Positions 59,234 through 64,000 of a stretch of 64,000 nt of DNA are shown here, one piece after another. Source of the DNA: Candidatus Cloacimonadales bacterium. GTDB taxonomy: Bacteria > Cloacimonadota > Cloacimonadia > Cloacimonadales > JAIOQZ01. Location: the NCBI GenBank assembly GCA_963662655.2, contig CAXXTU010000002.1:2816001-2880000 (forward strand). Direction: 5' to 3'. Every line of letters begins with the position of its first letter. Position 1 is the stretch's first letter. The position numbers and the translations under genes were made by a program. The notes beneath the pieces are model-generated. The model made no database searches. It was not told the DNA's origin and saw nothing but the letters and a program-made list of their open reading frames with translations.

Positions 59234-62200
59234 GTGGCAAAACGAATCGTTATCGCCATGCTGCTGCTATCAGCAGTTTTTGCGTATTCATTGGAGTATT
59301 CACCGAACGAGATGATTATTCGAACCTCCCGGCCGATGCAGTTACAGCGCGGCTCGTTTAACCTCGGTACGTTCGATTCATTTCTGCAGGAAAAAGAAGT
59401 TAGAGAAGTGAAGCCGATTCTGCAGAAGGAATCGGTTCAGTACTTTGTCGCCTCTTTTGATGAAGATTTGAACTGGGACGAGATTCGATCGAGCAATCAA
59501 CGGTTCGATGGCGTCGATTACATCCAGCCAAACTACCTGAATAGCTTCTATGTTACACCGAACGATCCCTATTTTGCCAACCAGCAACTTGGCCAGGTTT
59601 TTGTGCCTGAGGCATGGGAAACCGTTACCGGAAACGACCAGATCATCGTTGCGGTTATCGATTCGGGACTTCATTTCGAGCATCCGGATCTCCAGAACAA
59701 CGTCTTTATCAATCCCGGAGAAATCCCCGATAACGGAATCGACGACGACGGAAACGGATATATCGACGACTGGCATGGCTGGGATTTCGTGGATGCCCCC
59801 GAACTCTCGGACATCGCGATCGGCGATTACACCACGCAGGATAACGACCCGAGCGACGAAAACAAGCATGGAACGCACGTCAGCGGTATCATCTGTGCGG
59901 ACACCAACAATCACATCGGTGTCGCCGGTATAATGAACAATTGCCAGCTCCTGGTGATTCGCGCGGGTTTCCGTACCACGGAGGGCTACGGTTATCTCCA
60001 GGATGACGATAGCGCTGCCGCGATTGTTTACGCTGCGGACATGGGCGCGGATGTCATCAACCTGAGCTGGGGCGATACGAACTACTCGGATATTATCGCC
60101 GACGCCTGCCAGTACGCGTACGACCACGGAGCGATCATCGTCGCTTCCGCCGGTAACGATCCCGTGGCGGGTTTGAGCTATCCTGCAAAGCTTTCGACCA
60201 CCATCTCTGTTGGCGCTGTCGATGAGAACAACAATCAAGCCGGGTTCAGTAGTTTCGGCCCCAATCTCGATCTCGTAGCCCCCGGGCAGGAGATACTCAG
60301 TACCTATTTCGACGATGAAGGGAACGGAACCTACGACGAGCAGTCGGGTACTTCGATGGCGGCGCCGTTTGTAACCGGCGCGGTTGGTTTGTTGCTGTCG
60401 CACAACCCGAATCTCAACTTCCACGAAGTAAAGGCGAAGCTGGCGCAGAGCGCCGATGACGATAAAATTACTCCGGGGTACGATCACGATTTCGGAAACG
60501 GCATCTTGAATGTTGAAAGGCTTGTAGAAGAAGCTACGCTGCCTTTCATCGAGATCACGTATCCTGAAGAAAGCATGGGCCTGAACGAAAGCTTCGACAT
60601 CGTCGGCACGGTGACGTCGCCCAATTTCTTCCGATATTCCGTGATGTATTCCAGCGAAGTCTTGCCCGGCGATATGGACTGGTTCGACGTGGTCACACAC
60701 TCGAACACACCCGCATTTTACTACGATGAAGTGGAAGACGGCGTAATCGCGAGTTTCAACGTGCAAGACCTCTTCCCCGACGATACATACCTCATTCGAG
60801 TCGAGATTCTCACGACAGACGGCAAGCGTTACAGCTATCGTCGTACCGTGAATATCGACCAGACCGCGCCGGCGCTGAACGCGGACAATTTCTCCGTTTT
60901 CCGGCGTTACGAAGCGGAAATCCCGGTTAGCTTCATCAAAGCCGTTTACGATGAACCGGTTATCCTTCAGGCGGTGTGTACCTCTGCCGGAGGAACCGAG
61001 TACTCCGTTTTCAGCAACTACAGCGACACGCTGCAAGTCATTCGCATCCCGGAATCCATGCCGGAAGGTATTTACGATGTTCAGATGACGGCAACCAATG
61101 TTACCGGGCTGACAGGTGTTTCCGATATCTTCGAAGACGCGCTGCAGATAGAATTTTCGTCAGTCAACATCCACAACTACCAGCAGAATTACTCGGGGAT
61201 GGGCTTGGTATCCATACCCGTCCGGGGTTCCAGTAAACAAGAGTTTGTGGGCATGACAATGGGTTCGAGCTATGGCCCCGTTCAGTTTTACATGATTGAG
61301 AACAATCAAGTTATTGCGCAATCCGGCTCGATGTTCAACGACCAATTCTGGCCGCTTTCCACCGGTAATACCGATGCGGACCGCATGGAAGTTCTGGGTT
61401 TGCGCTTGGAAACGGTAACGCTCTACGAACAAGCTCCGGAAGCCAACCCCGAGGATTACGCTTTCGTAGCCCTGTGGAACAACCCCAGCGCTTCGGGCGG
61501 TAAATTCATCGATTACAACAACGACGGCGTCGATGAAATTATCGTTGTCCAGAATATAGCCGCCGGAAGAAATCTGGGTATCTACACACGGAGCGGAAGC
61601 AATTTTACAGAGAGATTTACTCTGACAAACAATACCACGACACTATCGAGAAACGTGTTCGTTCCCACCGTCTTCTGCGAGGATTTCGATGGAGACGGTC
61701 ATAAGGAAATCCTTGCCGCGGACATCGATGGCGACGTGATCATCTACGAGTATGACGGCAGTGGATTTAACCAGACATGGACAACACGGCTGCCGGTTAC
61801 CGAGGTCTATTATCTCGCGGTGGGCGATTTCACGGCCAACCGTCACACGGATTTCTGCGTCGGCGGCTATCAATCCGATGTCTCCGACCCGAACAAGACG
61901 TTCTGGTACTTCGACATCTTCACCGGCGTTGGCGACGATCAATACGAGTCTACCGGTTCGATCATGTTCAGCAAGGTGGAGTCGCAGAACTCGATTACAG
62001 CGGTGGATATCGATGACAACGGGGAAGACGAGCTTGTTTTCTCCCTGTCGCCCAATGTTTATGTCGTCGATTATGTCGACGACGAGTTTGTCCCCATCTG
62101 GTGCGGGTCCTCGGACAGAACCTACAATACGGTGGCGTTTCCCGCAACGGATACCCAGAGCGCGAAATTTGTCTGTAACCGGGAGCTGAACAACATCTAT

Positions 62201-63406
62201 TATTCATCGGTTGTATCTCCGGCAGAGGCATTTTCCGGGCCGGCCACGCCGCAGGGCTTCAGGGTAGCGCCCGTCGACGAGAATACCGCCACGCTCAACT
62301 GGAGCCAGGATGACGCGGACACGTATAGGATATATCGTAATTTCAACGGTGAAATTCAGGTGCTGGATGAAATTGCGGGAACATCCTATATCGATGACCA
62401 TCTGGAACCCGGAAACACGTACAAGTACGCGATATCGGCAATCGATACGGATATGAGTCCGTCGGAATCGCGTCTTACGTTGTGGAAGGAGATCACGGCG
62501 GCCGTTCCTCCGCAGCTCGAGTGGATCCAGATGGTGTCTCCCACGAGTATTCGTCTGAAGTTCGATAAGAAGCTGAATCTCGACGCGATCAACGTGGGGC
62601 ATTACAGCGTGAATCACGGTGTCGGGAATCCCGAATCCGCCATTATGACGGATACCCAGGAAGGCGTTCTGCTGCGGTTCAATTCTGTGTTCGATTACTA
62701 CCCGGATTACGTTCTCACGATCAAGGACCTCACGGGTGAATCGGGTGTCCCGATAACCGAGAACGAGATCGGATTCGTATTCGTGCAGGATGTGGACCCG
62801 CCGAACGTCAAGAACATCCAGATTATTACAAAGAAACAGATCAGGATCGTCTTTACCGAACCGGTGAAGGAAAGCGCAGGTTTGCTGTCCAATTACCATT
62901 TGAAGCTTCCGTCGGTCGATCAATCCAATTCGATCACTGCGGTGAGTCACTCGGACAGTGTCGTGATCGTGGACTTCAAGAAGGAACTGGTGTACACGTC
63001 CCAGGCTTATCAGCTCAAGATGTACAACATCGAGGACCTCTATGGCAATGCGTTGCCGAACGATAGCGATATTCAGGCTTTCAGCTTGACAGGCTTGGAG
63101 CCCTTGAAGAATCTTGAACACATGGTTGTCTATCCTAATCCATTCTACGCAAAGGATTTTCATGAAGTTCGGTTCATCAATCTGCCAAAGAATCAAAGCG
63201 GAACGATCTGGATTTATAACCTCAATGGCGATCTTGTTTTCGAAAAAGCATTGAATTCGTCATCCCTGACATCGCTCTCGAACGATGTCTATTTTGCTTG
63301 GCCCGCAACAAACAACCTGAGGAAGGATGTTGCGTCCGGCGTCTATTTTTACATTATCAAGATGGGCGGTGAGTACAAAAAAGGCACCATCTCGGTTATC
63401 CGATAG
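59234..63406 (+). CDS. Secreted S8 subtilisin-like protease with FG-GAP, FN3/Ig domains and CTD
   Basis: AVIDSG, HGTHVSG, SGTSMAAP triad; DNGIDDDGNGYIDD; VYPNPF...ASGVY. Confidence 0.93.
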   Translation: MAKRIVIAMLLLSAVFAYSLEYSPNEMIIRTSRPMQLQRGSFNLGTFDSFLQEKEVREVKPILQKESVQYFVASFDEDLNWDEIRSSNQRFDGVDYIQPNYLNSFYVTPNDPYFANQQLGQVFVPEAWETVTGNDQIIVAVIDSGLHFEHPDLQNNVFINPGEIPDNGIDDDGNGYIDDWHGWDFVDAPELSDIAIGDYTTQDNDPSDENKHGTHVSGIICADTNNHIGVAGIMNNCQLLVIRAGFRTTEGYGYLQDDDSAAAIVYAADMGADVINLSWGDTNYSDIIADACQYAYDHGAIIVASAGNDPVAGLSYPAKLSTTISVGAVDENNNQAGFSSFGPNLDLVAPGQEILSTYFDDEGNGTYDEQSGTSMAAPFVTGAVGLLLSHNPNLNFHEVKAKLAQSADDDKITPGYDHDFGNGILNVERLVEEATLPFIEITYPEESMGLNESFDIVGTVTSPNFFRYSVMYSSEVLPGDMDWFDVVTHSNTPAFYYDEVEDGVIASFNVQDLFPDDTYLIRVEILTTDGKRYSYRRTVNIDQTAPALNADNFSVFRRYEAEIPVSFIKAVYDEPVILQAVCTSAGGTEYSVFSNYSDTLQVIRIPESMPEGIYDVQMTATNVTGLTGVSDIFEDALQIEFSSVNIHNYQQNYSGMGLVSIPVRGSSKQEFVGMTMGSSYGPVQFYMIENNQVIAQSGSMFNDQFWPLSTGNTDADRMEVLGLRLETVTLYEQAPEANPEDYAFVALWNNPSASGGKFIDYNNDGVDEIIVVQNIAAGRNLGIYTRSGSNFTERFTLTNNTTTLSRNVFVPTVFCEDFDGDGHKEILAADIDGDVIIYEYDGSGFNQTWTTRLPVTEVYYLAVGDFTANRHTDFCVGGYQSDVSDPNKTFWYFDIFTGVGDDQYESTGSIMFSKVESQNSITAVDIDDNGEDELVFSLSPNVYVVDYVDDEFVPIWCGSSDRTYNTVAFPATDTQSAKFVCNRELNNIYYSSVVSPAEAFSGPATPQGFRVAPVDENTATLNWSQDDADTYRIYRNFNGEIQVLDEIAGTSYIDDHLEPGNTYKYAISAIDTDMSPSESRLTLWKEITAAVPPQLEWIQMVSPTSIRLKFDKKLNLDAINVGHYSVNHGVGNPESAIMTDTQEGVLLRFNSVFDYYPDYVLTIKDLTGESGVPITENEIGFVFVQDVDPPNVKNIQIITKKQIRIVFTEPVKESAGLLSNYHLKLPSVDQSNSITAVSHSDSVVIVDFKKELVYTSQAYQLKMYNIEDLYGNALPNDSDIQAFSLTGLEPLKNLEHMVVYPNPFYAKDFHEVRFINLPKNQSGTIWIYNLNGDLVFEKALNSSSLTSLSNDVYFAWPATNNLRKDVASGVYFYIIKMGGEYKKGTISVIR

Positions 63407-63434
63407 CTACACCGCAACTTGGAAAGGAGAATGA

Positions 63435-64000
63435 ATGATCTCGTTGGATTGGAAATACAGACTGAAAGAAGATGCCGAAGACTTCTTTAAACGCAAATTG
63501 CCGCAGGGCGATTACGATATCGAACTGATTTACAACGCCTATCCGGAAAGGATCGATGGGAAAATCCCCAAAGAGGTCGTGACGTTAGTGGCGAAAATCC
63601 TGGCCGGAAAGCTCGCCAGAAAGCCCGAACAGTACATGGAGTTGTACGATTACCTCTGGAGGAAGAAGGGCGAATACGGCAGGATCGCCCTGAGCTATAT
63701 CCTCGCCCGTGCGGTTAGGAAAAACCCCGCCGTGTTCCTTGATTACACTGGAAAGCTGGTGGAGAAGTCACACAATGAGCACGACGTGAATCTTCTGCTC
63801 GACAAGACCCTGTTCCCGCTTCTGAAATCGGAACCCCTGAAGCACGTCGATCTGGCGATCAAGTGGCTGAAATTCGATAACCCGGTTTCGCACAAGGCTG
63901 TCGTGAAGCTCCTCATCAAGCTTTGCAAGGCGGACGAAGAGCTGATCAAGCCGATTTTCAAGCGCCTGGAGAGCCTCTGGCTCTATGCCGATGCGGAAAT
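63435..64000 (+). CDS. Hypothetical helical (HEAT-like) protein, runs off window edge
   Basis: AGGAG RBS, open frame MISLDWKYRLKEDAEDFFKRKLP... to the end. Confidence 0.65.
   Translation, partial: MISLDWKYRLKEDAEDFFKRKLPQGDYDIELIYNAYPERIDGKIPKEVVTLVAKILAGKLARKPEQYMELYDYLWRKKGEYGRIALSYILARAVRKNPAVFLDYTGKLVEKSHNEHDVNLLLDKTLFPLLKSEPLKHVDLAIKWLKFDNPVSHKAVVKLLIKLCKADEELIKPIFKRLESLWLYADAE

Overview
Chromosomal 64-kb window of a moderately GC-rich diderm bacterium. The many FlgD/T9SS-type C-terminal domains, PorV-like genes and the gene order suggest an FCB-group lineage such as Cloacimonadota (inference). Core blocks: rsmG-parA-parB-M23-bactofilin-atpZ/I/B (with a parS site in rsmG), pgeF-fapA, an MIO-family ammonia-lyase, obg-dprA-rph, tdk-yggT-divIVA-punA-dksA-lspA and polA. 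Accessory material lies between them: an intact ISL3 with TIRs and an 8-bp TSD, two large PAS hybrid kinases, an AT-rich STAND-like ATPase-TPR gene, a tandem array of secreted GLUG/CTD proteins, secreted M6 and S8 proteases paired with a PorV-like gene, and several gene remnants. The most striking unexplained signal is a dispersed family of four 127-130 bp long hairpins (25251, 26378, 36558, 45903). They have conserved ends, bulges and internal loops, stems that differ in sequence yet stay paired (compensatory changes), and a 21-24 nt loop unique to each copy. Three sit 7-21 nt behind a stop codon and several sit at accessory-region borders. Other notable items: a G12-tract frameshift splitting a secreted protein, mosaic CTD modules, an Ala-Cys-Gly MIO motif, and a TPR lipoprotein-TonB fusion. 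No rRNA, tRNA or CRISPR array was seen.
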